Notes: a model not told the origin generated them from the letters alone. DNA of 64,000 nt from Leucoraja ocellata (GCA_036785375.1 JAWMAR010000206.1:3720001-3784000), one strand, 5' to 3'. Numbered from the stretch's first letter, positions 10,795-23,258 are shown. Program-made: numbers and translations.

Positions 10795-11497
10795 AGTTCA
10801 GTTTAGTTTAGAGATACAGTGCAGAAACAAGCGCTTCAGCCCACCGCGTTCGCACCGACCAGCGCTCCCTGCCCATTAAAGAGGCTGTCCCACTTGGGCG
10901 ACCTAATTGGCGAGTTTCGAAGAGTTTGAAAAATGACATGTTGAAGACTTCCTTCGACTATGTAGAAGACCTCCTTCGACTAGCTCCGACTGGTTACAAC
11001 TAGCTACGACTAACTTCAGGAAAATTGGACACCGAATAGTGGAGAGTGAAGACGATCTCCTACGATCTCCTCCGACCTCCCTTCGACTGTGATGAAGACT
11101 ATCTACGACTACCTTTGACTACCTTCGACTACCCTCGATTACCTACGACTAACATGCTGCCCTAGTACGACCTACTACGATTGTATTAGTATTGTTTTTT
11201 TCCATGGTGACCTTTTTTTACTCGCGGGCATTTTTTAACATATTGAAAAAAACGCCGCAACCTAGCTGAGGCCTCGAGTACGTGGAGACCACTCTTGAGC
11301 ATGAAGGACAGTTACGAAGACCTCCTACGACCTCGTGTCAACCATGTTGCGAGTATGAGTCGAGGGCAATCTCGCCAGAACTCGCGGATTAGGTCGCCCA
11401 AGTGGGACAGGCTATTAACACTACCCCACATGCACTAGGGACAATTTTACATTTATATCGAAGCCAATTAGCCTACAAACATGTACGTCTTTGGACG
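10795..11497 (-). mobile_element. V-SINE 3' half split by a Harbinger MITE
   Basis: SINE sequence ...GCCCATTAA|CACTACCCCACATGCACTAGGGACAATTT rejoins when 10880-11418 is removed. Confidence 0.88.
10880..11415 (+). mobile_element. PIF/Harbinger-type MITE
   Basis: TIRs AGAGGCTGTCCCACTTGGGCGACCTAAT / ATTAGGTCGCCCAAGTGGGACAGGCTAT; TAA TSD (10877-10879, 11416-11418); internal CT(A/T)CGACT repeats. Confidence 0.92.
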
Positions 11498-11669
11498 TGA
11501 TTCTTAAAGCAAGCCTTATTTTGTTTTAAGAATCTCTGAAAGCTATTTTAACTTGCAAGATCTGCTGTTAGGACTAGTTTGGACTAGTTGTGGTTAGTTC
11601 CAGGATTACTTCTGATGCTTCAGTTAACAAGTATAGAAATAGAAGAAATGTGAACAGTTGAAGGCGGGG

Positions 11670-12841
11670 AGGCACGTGCCATCAGGGTAGGCAAGGTAGG
11701 CACTGCCTACCCTGGCTAAAATTATAAAATGAAAATTATTAAATATAAATACTAAAGGCACGGGAGAATTATGCCTACCTAAGAGATCGATCTCTTACAT
11801 AGGCATAATTCTCCGTGCCTTTCATGCGCAGTACATGCAATACGGGAAAGTGTGTGCAGCCCACGTGCCGTGGATGCTGCTTCAAGCCGTGTACTTCAAG
11901 CAGAGCTGAAGGCAGCTGAGATTCTGCCTTTGCAGCGTGGACCGTGTACTGCGCATGCACAGCGCAAGCGGCTGTAAAAGGACAGCGCCACTGAGGGGGG
12001 GGGGGGGGGTTCCTTTCACAGCATGTGGGGAGTCTGGCCAGTGGTAAAGTTGCAGGAGGGCAGGAGCGTTGAGAAGGAGGGGGTCGGGGATCATGCCAGA
12101 ACAACCAGCTGAAGAGCAGGTCAGCGGGCGATGGTTAACAGGACAGCGGGCGGTGGAGTTTGCTCCATGTGTCAGTGCGAGTAACCTCAATTGGTTCCTT
12201 GTTCACGCTGACACAGGAGTGTCCACTGCCCGCTGTTCTGTTATCCATCGCTCGCTGACCCGTACCACTCTATGATTTTGCTCTTGAGCTGGTCCCCTCA
12301 CTGGTCAGACGGAGAGCAGTGCCAGAGGTGAGCGTGCCGGCAGAAGACGCTGAGGTCCGGCGGCCGTTCGCACCCACCCGAGCTGCTTCCCTCCCCGGCC
12401 ACAATGCTGTGGCTCCGTGCCCGGAGCGCTGCGGCAGCGGTGAGTGAATGAGTTGCTGGCATGATCACCGACCCCCTCCTGCCCTCCCCGCAACTTTACC
12501 CCTGGCCAGATTCACCACGCGCTGTGAAAAGAACTCTCCCCCCAATTGGTCCCTTGAACTAGTATTGTCATTCAATAAGATCACAACTGACTCAACTTGT
12601 CCCGGTGTGCACCTGTTTTTCCCACCATCTCTCCACCTGCCATCACCCTCCACCCCTCACCCATTCAGTAATTCAGAATGAAGGAGATTTGGAACCCTTG
12701 GGCAAATTGAATTGTTACTTTCTTTAGCTTTATTCTTTATTTTTACGGAGTGGAGAACAATCTGCGCATGTGTGGTTTAAGATTTTTTTTTAAAAGCCGA
12801 CTGACTGCCTATCCTGAGTAATTACTCATGGCACGTGCCTG
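11670..12841. mobile_element. Non-autonomous TIR element (hAT-like termini) with nested palindromes
   Basis: AGGCACGTGCCAT at the left and ATGGCACGTGCCTG at the right; subterminal GGTAGGCA/TGCCTA motifs; no TSD detectable. Confidence 0.65.
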
Positions 12842-13056
12842 CTTTGTATGGAGTGGGTGCAGTACAGATGGAGTGGATGATAAGGGGTGTAGGCGGGGGG
12901 TTTAGAAAGAATGGCAAGTGTGAAAGAACCAGGGTAGATAAAGAGGAGAGAGAAATAAGGGAGGGGGAAATGACAAAAAAACATTTTAACTGTAAGGGTC
13001 TAAGTTTCCCTCTGCAATGATTTCATTACCAGGACTTGGTTAATGGAGCATTATTA

Positions 13057-13476
13057 AACATAGCACATAAAACAGTACAGCACAGAAATAGGAATAAGGG
13101 TCTCAACCCAAAATGTCACCCATTCCTTGTCTCCAGAGATGCTGCCTGTCCCGCTGAGTTACTCCAGTATTCTGTGTTTATCACAGGAATAGGTCTTTGG
13201 TCCACGCCGAACATGAAATTAAACTACTCTCCTCTGCTTCCACACGTCAAATCCCCCCATTCTCTGCAGATCCATGCGCCTTTATAAAATCTTCTTAAAT
13301 GCCACCATCATGTTTGCCCTTGACAGCGAGGTTTTGGCATCCATGTACAAAATAAAGTAAATATGCCCCACACAATTCCTTTAAACTTTGCCCCTCTCAT
13401 CTTAAAGATATGTCCTCTAGCCCTTGACATTTCCACCCTGGGAGAAAGTTTCTGATTGTGTACCTTATTTATGTTC
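13057..13476 (-). mobile_element. CR1 3' tail interrupted by a PLE terminal fragment (13096-13182)
   Basis: AACATAG..AAAACAGTACAGCACAG tail and degenerate ORF2 end, with GGGTCTCAACCCAAAATGTCACCC... inserted. Confidence 0.7.
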
Positions 13477-13511
13477 AAGAATTTATTTAATGAGTAAGAA
13501 GAAAAGGCAGA

Positions 13512-13643
13512 TGTGTTGGAAAGAACTGCAGATGCTGCTTTAAATCGAAGATAGGCACAAAATGCTGAAGTAACTCAACGGGACAGGCAACATCTCTGGA
13601 GAGAAGGAATGGTTGACGTTTCGGGTCGAGACCCTTCTTCAGA
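13512..13643 (-). mobile_element. Penelope-like terminal repeat with the best-preserved hammerhead-like core
   Basis: Minus strand 13643-13611 reads TCTGAAGAAGGGTCTCGACCCGAAACGTCAACC. Confidence 0.85.
13611..13643 (-). ncRNA. Minimal hammerhead-ribozyme-like motif (PLE-associated)
   Basis: CUGAAGA, an extra A, hairpin GGGUC-UC-GACCC, GAAA, then CGUC. Stems I and III are minimal; activity unproven. Confidence 0.55.
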
Positions 13644-15948
13644 ACTTCTTTAATTAATGAGTTGGGAATCTTCTTTCACTTGGATGAGAATTGAGATTTT
13701 AATGTCTATTGTGCAATTGTGCCTAGTTTGCAGATCACCAAATAATTTTATATAACATTATTCAGAATTGTGTGCATCAGACACTGCAGACTATAATATG
13801 GGGAAGCAGAGGCAATATGAACGGAACCTGATTTGCCAGCGCAACAACATAATTTTTGCTGAAGGCATGTTCTGCAGCTTTCTCTGTATTTAATTGTTAA
13901 ATAATAAATAAAATATCTTTTGTATAGATGCATTCCCTTTTCAATTTCCTGTGGTTATGTTTGCCATTTTTTACGTTGACACTTTACAAAGTTATTAAGT
14001 TTGATCGGTTGGCTACAAGTAATTCAATCAGCAAGTTTCCAGTGAATATGTGAAAAGTGGTGAGAAACAACCATTAACTTTCTGTTTAATGAGTTTCATT
14101 TTTTAGAGGTCCAATTGAAACTATTCCAGATCTTTATAATGTTTTATGCCAAGTGAAGTCCCAACAAATCGATTTTTAAAAAATTTGGACTTCTTGGTGA
14201 AATGTTTCAACATTGAAGTGTTGTTTATTCTGCCGGATCTTTATCTATTCCTCTCTGAAATAATGGCCTGTAGTTTCTTGGTTTCAGCATTGAACCTCAG
14301 GCAATTATCAGTGAAACTTGGAAAGTCTCCGGACTCTTGTGCATATGTGCAAGTCCTGAACTTTCCGCAAAAGGCAGTGTGGGCTGGAGTAACTCAGCAA
14401 GTCATGCAGCACCTCTGGAGAACATGGATTGGTGATGTTTCGGCTCGAGGGCTCTCCTGAGATGCTGCCTGACCTGCCATCTTTCCCAATTGATTAAGAT
14501 CCTCTTGTAATTCTTAGATAACCCTTCTTCACAATCCAGTGGTGGGACTGTCCTTCAATCAAAAATCAGTGGGCCTCTGTGAACAGTGCTGTTTCTAACC
14601 TTTCCATGCCACCCCATTATGTCATTCGAAGCCTTGCCACCACCAAACCTTGTTGCTTGGATCCAAAACCATTTGAGCTAGTAAGGTTGACCTTAATAGT
14701 TTTATAAGTGGAATCAACCATTGTCTAAAGTGTGGTAATATTGAATTTTGTATGCTACAGATGCCTATTCTTGAGAATAAAAATCTTTTGAGCTGTTGGG
14801 CATTCTTCTTGGTATTGGAATTAATGATACAATATATGGTGTGATTTAGAGGCTTGGAATGATTGCATTTTAATTGATTCCCATTGCATAGTCTTCCGTG
14901 ACACAGGTTATGCTGTGGCTCAGGCATGATCAAGTAACATGCTTAATTTATCAACCACAGAAATTTACAGAGATCTGTGAAGAAATGCCTGAAAGCACTG
15001 AGTGAAGTGAATAAGATCAATCAAGAATATTTGGGCACAATAATTATTGTATCAAGGACTGGAGACTGCATTGAATGAACAAGAGCATTGATGAAAAGAA
15101 ACAAGAATAAAATGCTTTTCTTTATTATTAAATTCTGAGATGAAGCACATTATTATCATGGTAAAAATTCTGCTATGTCACAATTAGAATTCTCATAGTA
15201 GATTCTACATATTCTACATATTCTACTATTTCAGAATCGTGAAAGTAAGCTTGTGCATTTATTCTTGAGTGATGACTCCGCTACTTAAACAGCTTGCTGG
15301 TTTGATGAATTGATGTCATTTGAAATTGTCTCATAGGAAGTAGTGGGATGATTCTCCATTATCTAAAACTAATATAGGATATTGTTAACGACTTTGCATG
15401 AAACTCGAGCTAATTGACCTATCACCGTTGCATATAACTTGTTTTCTGCTCGGAGTTAACTACCCATGGTCTGAAGTAAACTGTACGGAAGCATGATTAT
15501 TATAAATTAACTCAATCTTGGAAATTTGACACACATTAAAGTGTGCAAGCGTTGAAAATGATATGTTACTAAAGAGAACATAAGTGCTTCACAGCTAGCT
15601 GAGATGATCTGTTCCAAATTTGTTAGTGTGGCTAACACATTGAATTCTGCATGCTGAAAGTAGCTGATTTTTGATATGCAGTAATGGATGGCTTAATTTG
15701 CCAATTGAATTGAGGATGCCTAGTTATTGTGTTTAAATGGATTACCTTAATGCCATGGAGCAAAGGTGATAGACACAATTATTTAAGAAAAGAGCACACA
15801 AGAACATAAACAATTTAGATCTTGGTTGGATGATTAAGTTCCTCCCTGAAGTATAATGATCTGTTATGCATATTTATTCATTATCTACCCAATTTTTGCT
15901 GCCTTTTCCACCATGACACCCAAGCATGATGGGGCAGTGCCTGGCTAA

Positions 15949-16683
15949 AGGGCCTGTGCAACTAACACGACTTTTCAGCACTCGCCTAAAAAACCTCGAG
16001 CTGGATCGACCATCAGCGATGAAACCGCGAGCCGGATCGACCGTCTGCACACACACAAACACACAAACAAACACCTCGCAAAGGGGGGGCAGAGAAAGCA
16101 GGGAAGCGCTGTCTGAAATTCACACCCGCGATGACCAGGAAGGTAAAAGACGGCTGGCACAGTTACGGTAAGTCCTTTAGAGAGTGTGGAGGGGGGGGGG
16201 GGGGGGGGTTGAGAAGGGGGGAGAAGGGAGGAGAAGGAGGGAGAAGGGGGGTAGAAGGAGTGGAGACACTTTTAAGAAGCCAGACAACTTTTAATAAAGT
16301 TTAGTGGGCATTTAACATTACCACTCAGTTTACTTACCTTTTTTCTCAATGAGCTTTAACTTCAACTACCTTCGATTACATTTGATTGCCTTCGATTACC
16401 AACGATAGCATTACGACCTTCTGCGACCTACCTTGACTAAACCTACGAGTAAAAAAACATTGATTTTTTCCACTGTGACCTTTTATTACTCGCGGGCATT
16501 TTTCAGCATGTTGAGAAAAACAGCGCAACCTAGCTGAGGCCTCGAGTACGCGGGGACTACTCTCAAGCATGAAGGAGAATTACAAAGACCTCGTGGGGCC
16601 TTGTGTCGACCATGCTGCGAGTATGAGTCGAGGGAAAACTCTTCTAAACTCGTGAATTAGGTCGCCGCAGTGGGACAGGCCCT
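15949..16683 (+). mobile_element. PIF/Harbinger-type MITE (variant left arm)
   Basis: AGGGCCTGTGCAACT ... AGTGGGACAGGCCCT; TAA TSD (15946-15948, 16684-16686). The right ~300 bp matches 11100-11415. Confidence 0.88.
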
Positions 16684-17087
16684 TAAAGTTTTTTTCATTG
16701 GCATTAGTGAATATCCATGTTTATTAATCAGATTTCAAAGCCTCCAAGAAATTATGAATATTAAAGGAAACAATTGTGCCACTTATGGCTTGCTTTGGAA
16801 GAAACATAACTTTTTGAGATTGTGGATTCTGACTCAAAGCCCTGCGTGATCGAAGCCCAAACTTCTGAGTAGATTATCAAAGTTCTGCATGGTTGAATCT
16901 GTCATAATTTGGATGGGAATTAAACTCATGTACTCATGTACTTTCTGTTGATTTACTTTGAATGATTTCTGCACTATGGGCCATATTTAAACCTTAACTA
17001 ATAATTACAGATTAGTTGGTCACAGCAAACAGTGTGGAAATTTACATATTTCTCTCTATTATGACAGTAAGTGCACTTAAGAATTAC

Positions 17088-17490
17088 AGAATCATAGAGT
17101 CATATAGCACGGCAACAGCCTCTTCAACCTAACTTGTACATGCCGATTAAGATGCCCATCGAAGGTAGACCCATTTACTGGCATTGGTCACATATTGGAT
17201 AGGTTTAGAGTGATAAGGGACAAACATAGCAGGTGGTATTGTGTGCTGTTGCAGTTGTAGTTTAGAATGGACATGTTGGTCGGTGAAGGCAAGTTGGGCC
17301 GATGGGCCTGTTTCCACACTGTATAACTACGCATCCGTATTCATTTAAACCTTTCCTATCCATGTATCTATCGAAATATCCCTCAAATGGTACAGTCCCT
17401 GCCTCAACGATTCCCTTTGGCAGCTCCATAGAGGTACCACTCTCTGCCTCAATGATTCCCTTTGGCAGCTCCATAGAGGTACCACTCTCT
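17088..17490. mobile_element. Cluster of CR1 3' tail fragments with a 45-bp tandem duplication (17399-17443/17444-17488)
   Basis: ATCATAGAGTCATA tail, an oppositely oriented tail GGGCCTGTTTCCACACTGTA, and a duplicated unit with one mismatch. Confidence 0.75.
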
Positions 17491-18984
17491 GTGGGAATCA
17501 TTTCATCATTAGTGAAGCACCATCATTACGAGGTGAAACTATTTAACTGTAGACTCATTATTTATCTTCAGACTTGGTTATCAATCTGTAAAGGGGAATG
17601 TTTTTGCTCCTGTATTAACATTGGTGCTTAAAAGCCATCAAAGTTGATGGCTATTGATTAATATTGATTAATCTCAGGAAGTTTAAATGGATAGTTGTTT
17701 TAAATTCATTGGGAGGATATGTGCATTGCTAGCAAGGCTATTATTTATTGATCATTTCTAATTGGCTTCGAACAGAGTAGCTGGCTCAGGTCACTTCACA
17801 GAGCAGTTGAGAGTCGGTCACAGTTCTGTTTCTGGATTTGTACGTAGGCCTGGTCAGAATGGACATTATTTTTCTATAAACTATTCGTGTTACAGATGGC
17901 ATTTTAGGATAATTTTGGTAATTTCATCGTCAGAGTTAGTGAGTTGAGCTTTTTGTTCCAGGTTTTTCGATCAACTAATCTTAAATTAGACAGCTGCTAT
18001 AAAAATCTGCCAAGTTTCATTTCTAATTACTTGATGTCGCACGAATAGACAGAACTGCTCTTGGTCACTACAGCCTTTTTATCCAGTGATCAATTTATTT
18101 TCCACTGGGATGCCTTTAAACCGGCGATTGTATTTCACAGTAAAAGTTACATCTTAATACAATAGGCTATAATATAGCATCCCTTTTTTTTGACATTTTA
18201 TACCTCCTTTATCAGAATTGTATTGCTTTCAACAATAAATCAATCAGAAATGAGTTGGGAATGATTAATGCATCTTCAGTGGACATAAAAAGATGGAGTC
18301 CTTTTATTATTTACAGCTGTTTTAAGATTTCAGTCGCAATTGCTGATTTATTGCAAGGTATGCTTCTTTGAAACCACAGCATCTTGGAAAAAAAGAGTAA
18401 CAGACCTTCAGCTGGCCCACTGCCTTCATGGGCTATTTATTGCTGATTTCCATACATAGCACAATTCCACAAGAACTCCTGAAGCAAACACATTCACCCA
18501 CCATATTGTCATTTAAAACTAATTATCTTTCTGCAGTAATAAATTGCATAATGTTAACACAAAACCAATTTCTATATAGTTATTGCTCTTCGTAATAATT
18601 ATAGCCATACGTGTGGTCACCAAAAATGTTGTTATTCCACAATTTACTTTAATTTTTTTAATTTGTTGTGCGACATGATTAAAAATTATTACAGTGTCCA
18701 ATATGCATTTATCTCCATATTGATTTTTTTAAGAATAATAAAATCCAGCCTTGATTGATCTTCATTACTTTATTTTATATCATAAATGTTTTTTTTATGC
18801 TGATCATTAAGTGTCTACAGTTCTGTGGAGTAATTATGTAGTAAAAGGGGAACATTCATCGCCTCCTTTATGTTGTGTGAAATTAGGTCAGGTTGTGGAA
18901 GGCAGTTTTCCTGGCTAGCATCTATGCAAAATGGTCTCCATATCAAACATTGAGGAGTCTTGTTTGCATTACATCTGGATTACA

Positions 18985-19217
18985 TCTCACTCTCTCACTC
19001 TCTTTCACACACTCACTCTCTTTCACACACTCTCTCTGTCCCACTTCTCTCTCTCTTTCTCTCTCTCCCTCGCTCACTCTCACACTCTCTGTCCTCTCTC
19101 ACTCACTCTTGCCACCTCTCCCTCTCTCCCCCCTCCCCCCTCTCCCCTTCTTCCTCTCTCCCCCTCTCCCCCTCCCTCCCTCACCCTCCCTCTCCCTCCC
19201 CTTCCCAACCCCCCCCC
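18985..19217. repeat. CT-rich low-complexity tract abutting a gap
   Basis: (CT)n/(CCT)n sequence. Confidence 0.9.
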
Positions 19218-19367
19218 NNNNNNNNNNNNNNNNNNNNNNNNNNNNNNNNNNNNNNNNNNNNNNNNNNNNNNNNNNNNNNNNNNNNNNNNNNNNNNNNNNN
19301 NNNNNNNNNNNNNNNNNNNNNNNNNNNNNNNNNNNNNNNNNNNNNNNNNNNNNNNNNNNNNNNNNNN
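19218..19367. other. Assembly gap (150 N)
   Basis: Run of N. Confidence 1.
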
Positions 19368-19699
19368 ATACTGGAATGATACAGCCTGGAAAGGGGCTTT
19401 TCAATGCTGTCATTATGCTGGTGTTTTATGTTGGAGCTACCAGATTATTATAACTATCCTCCCAACCATGTATATATTTTCACTATTTTATTATTTTTCT
19501 TAAAGATTCATCCTTTCCTGATATGCGGTTTTGAAAAGTGAACCAGTTGTCAAACTGAGGCCTGGCCAATGAATTTTAGTAATTGTTTAGCAAGACCTCA
19601 TTACATTTTTACTCTTTAACTTAATTAATAAAACCAAAGGATCTGCTGTACCTTAACACTTCCCTCAATTACCTTCACAGTTTGTCTTGTCTCATTCAT

Positions 19700-20080
19700 C
19701 TTACCAAGATGTGTCACCTTGCACTTCCCTGTATTAAATTTCATCTGCCACCTGTCTATTTCACCAACCTGCTGTTATTCTCAATGTTTACAACATTTGA
19801 GTTGTGAAAATTATTCTCTGATACCCACATCCAGGTGATTAATAAACATCAATAAGAGCAATTATCCTAAAGCCAATCTTTGGGCAACTGCTTTGCTTGC
19901 TTCCTTCCAGTCTGAAAAAGCAACCATTCATCACCACTTTCAGCTTCTGTCTCTTCGCCAATTCTGTATCCATGCTGCCACTGTCTCTTTGGTCTTTAAT
20001 TTTACCAACAGGTCTATTGTGTGGTGCTGTTTAAAACCAGTCTGTAAACACATCAGCTGTGCTACCCTCATCAACCCTCT
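19700..20080 (-). mobile_element. Old CR1 RT fragments
   Basis: CTTGCACTT..ATTAAATTTCATCTGCCACCTGTC corresponds to DRWQMKFN..KCK on the minus strand; heavily decayed. Confidence 0.6.
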
Positions 20081-21090
20081 GTATTTTTGTACAGTTTACG
20101 ATATTATTTTCCTCTTTCACTTTGGGATTGTCACAATGGTTTGTTTGGAAAGAAAATAACACTAGTGTTATTAGCACCAAAAAACACAAAATATATTTAT
20201 CTGCAGAAGAAGAGCATTTCACTGAGGCATTTGGAAATAAAAAACATCAAATAATTCCAAAGGTATCTGCAATTATTTTGATAGTAAACTGCATACTAAT
20301 ATGCATTTTCCTCGAATAAATGTTTACCGTCTTGGAAGTGAGCAATGGTTTCTCTGTATTAATTTATCTGCTTAAAGGATATTTTTTCCATGATGACATG
20401 TTGAAGAAAATTCATTAAATTTTGCAACTTCTATCCTTCAATGTATTCATTCAATCCCCTTGTCATTAAACTACGCAGTGTTTGAAATGTTAGCTTCTGC
20501 CTTGAAATTGCAGTGATATTTCACAACTGTCAGATCAGGGAATCATTTAATGATTAGGCACCGGTTGATCAAGGATGTCATATAAGCCATGAAAACAGCA
20601 GGAAGATTGAAAGTAAGAGAACACCAAGCAATTAAATCTGAAAGAAATTAGAAACCGCTGGTTGCGTACTGAAAGCTGGTGGATTATATATTACGTGAGG
20701 ATTATGATTTGCGTACTCATGCCTCCCTTTCCTTAAAAATCCCACGTCTCTAGCAATCTGTGTGAAGAATGTAGCTGTGAACTTCACAGGTGACCCATAA
20801 CTACCTGTTCGGTCCATCCTGCTTTACCTTATACATTTCACACAATGATCAAAACTTTAAACTAAATTCAGGTGATGATGCAGGAACATTCAACACGGAG
20901 ACGAGCAGCACAATGTAGTCGATATTTTGGGACCAAAAACAAAAACCGTACACAAAAGCAACCTTCAATCTGTTTTACTTGGAAATAATCTTTTGCTGTA
21001 AGTACACATGCTTTATAGTAGGGTATTTGGTCATGGTACACTGCCTTGTTGAGCCCTGGGGCTAATAAATGCCATAATTTTGGGCCATTG

Positions 21091-21235
21091 TTTTTGATTA
21101 GTACAGGTGTCAGAGGTTCTGGGGAGAAGGCAGGAGAATGGGGTTAGGACAAGTGAGATAGATCAGCCATGATTGAATGGTGGAGATGGGCCGAATGGTG
21201 TAATTCTACTCCAATCACTTATGATCTTATGATCA
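21091..21235 (+). mobile_element. CR1 3' UTR tail
   Basis: GGGGAGAAGGCAGGAGAATGGGG...GATCAGCCATGATTGAATGG...ATCACTTATGA; same subfamily as 8438. Confidence 0.85.
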
Positions 21236-21326
21236 TGGCCATGGACACATTTGCTTTAACTCTTGTTGAATCTCATGTTGCTGCAATTTTCTCACCTGTT
21301 TGACTTTCCACGATTTATGACTTTGA

Positions 21327-22375
21327 ACATAGAGTCCTAGAGTCATAGAGTGATGCAGTGTGGAAACAGGCCCTTCAGCCCAACTTGCCCACACCGGCCA
21401 ACATGTCCCAGCTACACTTGTCCCACTTCTGAGTTTGGTGCATATCCCTCCAAACCTGTCCTATCCATGTACCTGTCTAACTGTTTCTTAAACATTGGGA
21501 TAGTCCCACCCTCAACTACCTCACCTAGCAGCTGTTTCCATACACTTGCCTCCTTTTGTGTGAAAGGGAACAGAACCAAAATCTTAATGAAACCAAGACC
21601 ACAAACTAAAGAAGCCTTCTGGTGAGTAGGCGGCAGTGATGTGATGGGATAAAGGAAAGAGTTCAATATTTCTCCTTTCACCTTAAACCAATGTCTTGTT
21701 TTAGACTTCTCTGCCCCAGGACAAAGACGATGACCATCCACCTTATCTATGCCTCTCATGATATTAGAAACTAAAATAAGCTTACTCCTCAGCCTCCTTC
21801 ACTCCAAGGAAAATAGTCCCAGTCTGTCCTCTTTAACTCAATGTCCCAGTAGCCATCCTGCACCTTCTGCTGCTTGATCCCATCCTTCCTATACTATGGC
21901 TATCAGAAATGCACTCATTATTCCAATTGTGGTCCTACCAATGCCCTGCACAGTTATAAAGTGATGAACCAATTTAATTTTCCAATCGATGAATGCAAAC
22001 ATGTCATATGCCTTCTTCAATATCCTGTCTAATTGTCTTGCCGCTTCCGGGGAACTATAGATTCCAACACGTCATTCACTGTATATGTCCTGGTCTAGTT
22101 TAACTTTGTAAAATGCTTCAGTTTGCACTTGTCTAAGTTACATTTCATCTGCCATTCCTTTGTCGAATTTCTAAGTTGTGATAGATCCTGTGGTAATCCT
22201 AGACAATCTTCTCCACTGTGTAACACACCACCAGTTTTGGCGTCATCTGCAAACATATTTACCATGCCACCTACATTCTAATTGAAAATCATTTTCACAT
22301 GACAAAAACACTAGACTGCTGGTCTGTAATACTACCTGCCTCTACCACCCTCTGACTCGTTTCACCAGGCCAATG
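21327..22375 (-). mobile_element. CR1 3' end (21327-21565) followed by an older CR1 ORF2 fragment
   Basis: ORF 21412-21759 (MRGIDKVDG...FKKQLDRYMDR); GGCGTCATCTGCAAAC at ~22240 encodes the FADDA catalytic motif on the minus strand. Confidence 0.85.
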
Positions 22376-22475
22376 GTGCGAGACTGAAGGATCTGGGTTT
22401 TCAGGAGAACTGGATGTTCTTGCACGTCGACCACAAGCAGTTAATGTGTACAAAGGCAAATTAAATGTTGATTTT

Positions 22476-22565
22476 CTGAAGTCGGAAGAAGTGTTTCGGC
22501 CCGAAACGTTGCCTATTTCCTTCGCTCTGCACCCGCTGTGTATCTCCAGCTCTTTTGTCTACCTG
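22476..22565 (+). mobile_element. PLE terminal fragment, second subfamily
   Basis: GTCGGAAGAAGTGTTTCGGCCCGAAACGTTGCCTATTTCC...CACCCGCTG; degenerate hammerhead-like core. Confidence 0.65.
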
Positions 22566-22604
22566 TTGATTTTGATGGCAAGTTGCTTTCAATGTCGGAG
22601 TAGA

Positions 22605-23258
22605 TATGGTATGGTACATTGATGGCACTTTATTTGTCACATGTACTGAGGCACAATGAATTTTTGTATACCGTTCAATATTACTATACAGAAGTACTTT
22701 GATACATCTTAGATAAGTATCTCAGGTACAGTACAGGTGTATAGCAGTAGTACACTGAGACAGTATACAGAGTCACCAGCTTTTGGCACCTTTTTCAAGT
22801 CCAGTTGTTGTAAGTGCAGGGTTCTTGACCTGCCCTTCGGCATTGCAGGGTCGGCCTGGCCAATCATGGTGGTTGTTGCTGCTGCTGCTCCAACACTGTA
22901 GGCTGCACCTGGTCCACCCACTCAACTTCTTGGAGCGATGCCCGGTCCAACCGAGCACCAAGCTGTTGCAGGGCCTCCAGCGGCCCACTCCACCGTCGAG
23001 GAAATGCTCTGCCTCCTGCAGATTGTCTGCTTACTGACTCTCCATCCGACCCCTTCCACTCTTGGCAGGCGAGCCAGGCCTTCCAGGTGGGTTCCTGGTC
23101 TGCGGCACGGGTCCTCGATCTGCCGCGGGCAAGCCCCAGTTCTCCGGCAAGTGAGCCAAGCTTTCCAGGCAGGCCCTCCATCCTCCATCACTAATGCATG
23201 AGCTGGACCTTCTGGGCAGGTCCTCGGTCTTCTGTCCGCAGTGGACAATCTGGGCATG
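22605..23258 (-). mobile_element. GC-rich non-autonomous retroelement with a Rex1/L2-like tail
   Basis: Minus strand tail TTCATTGTGCCTCAGTACATGTGACAAATAAAG followed by (TACCA)n; GC-rich body with no credible ORF. Confidence 0.5.

Noticed and set aside
18893-19503. Long ORFs
   Set aside because: Artefacts of a CT-rich tract plus an N gap.
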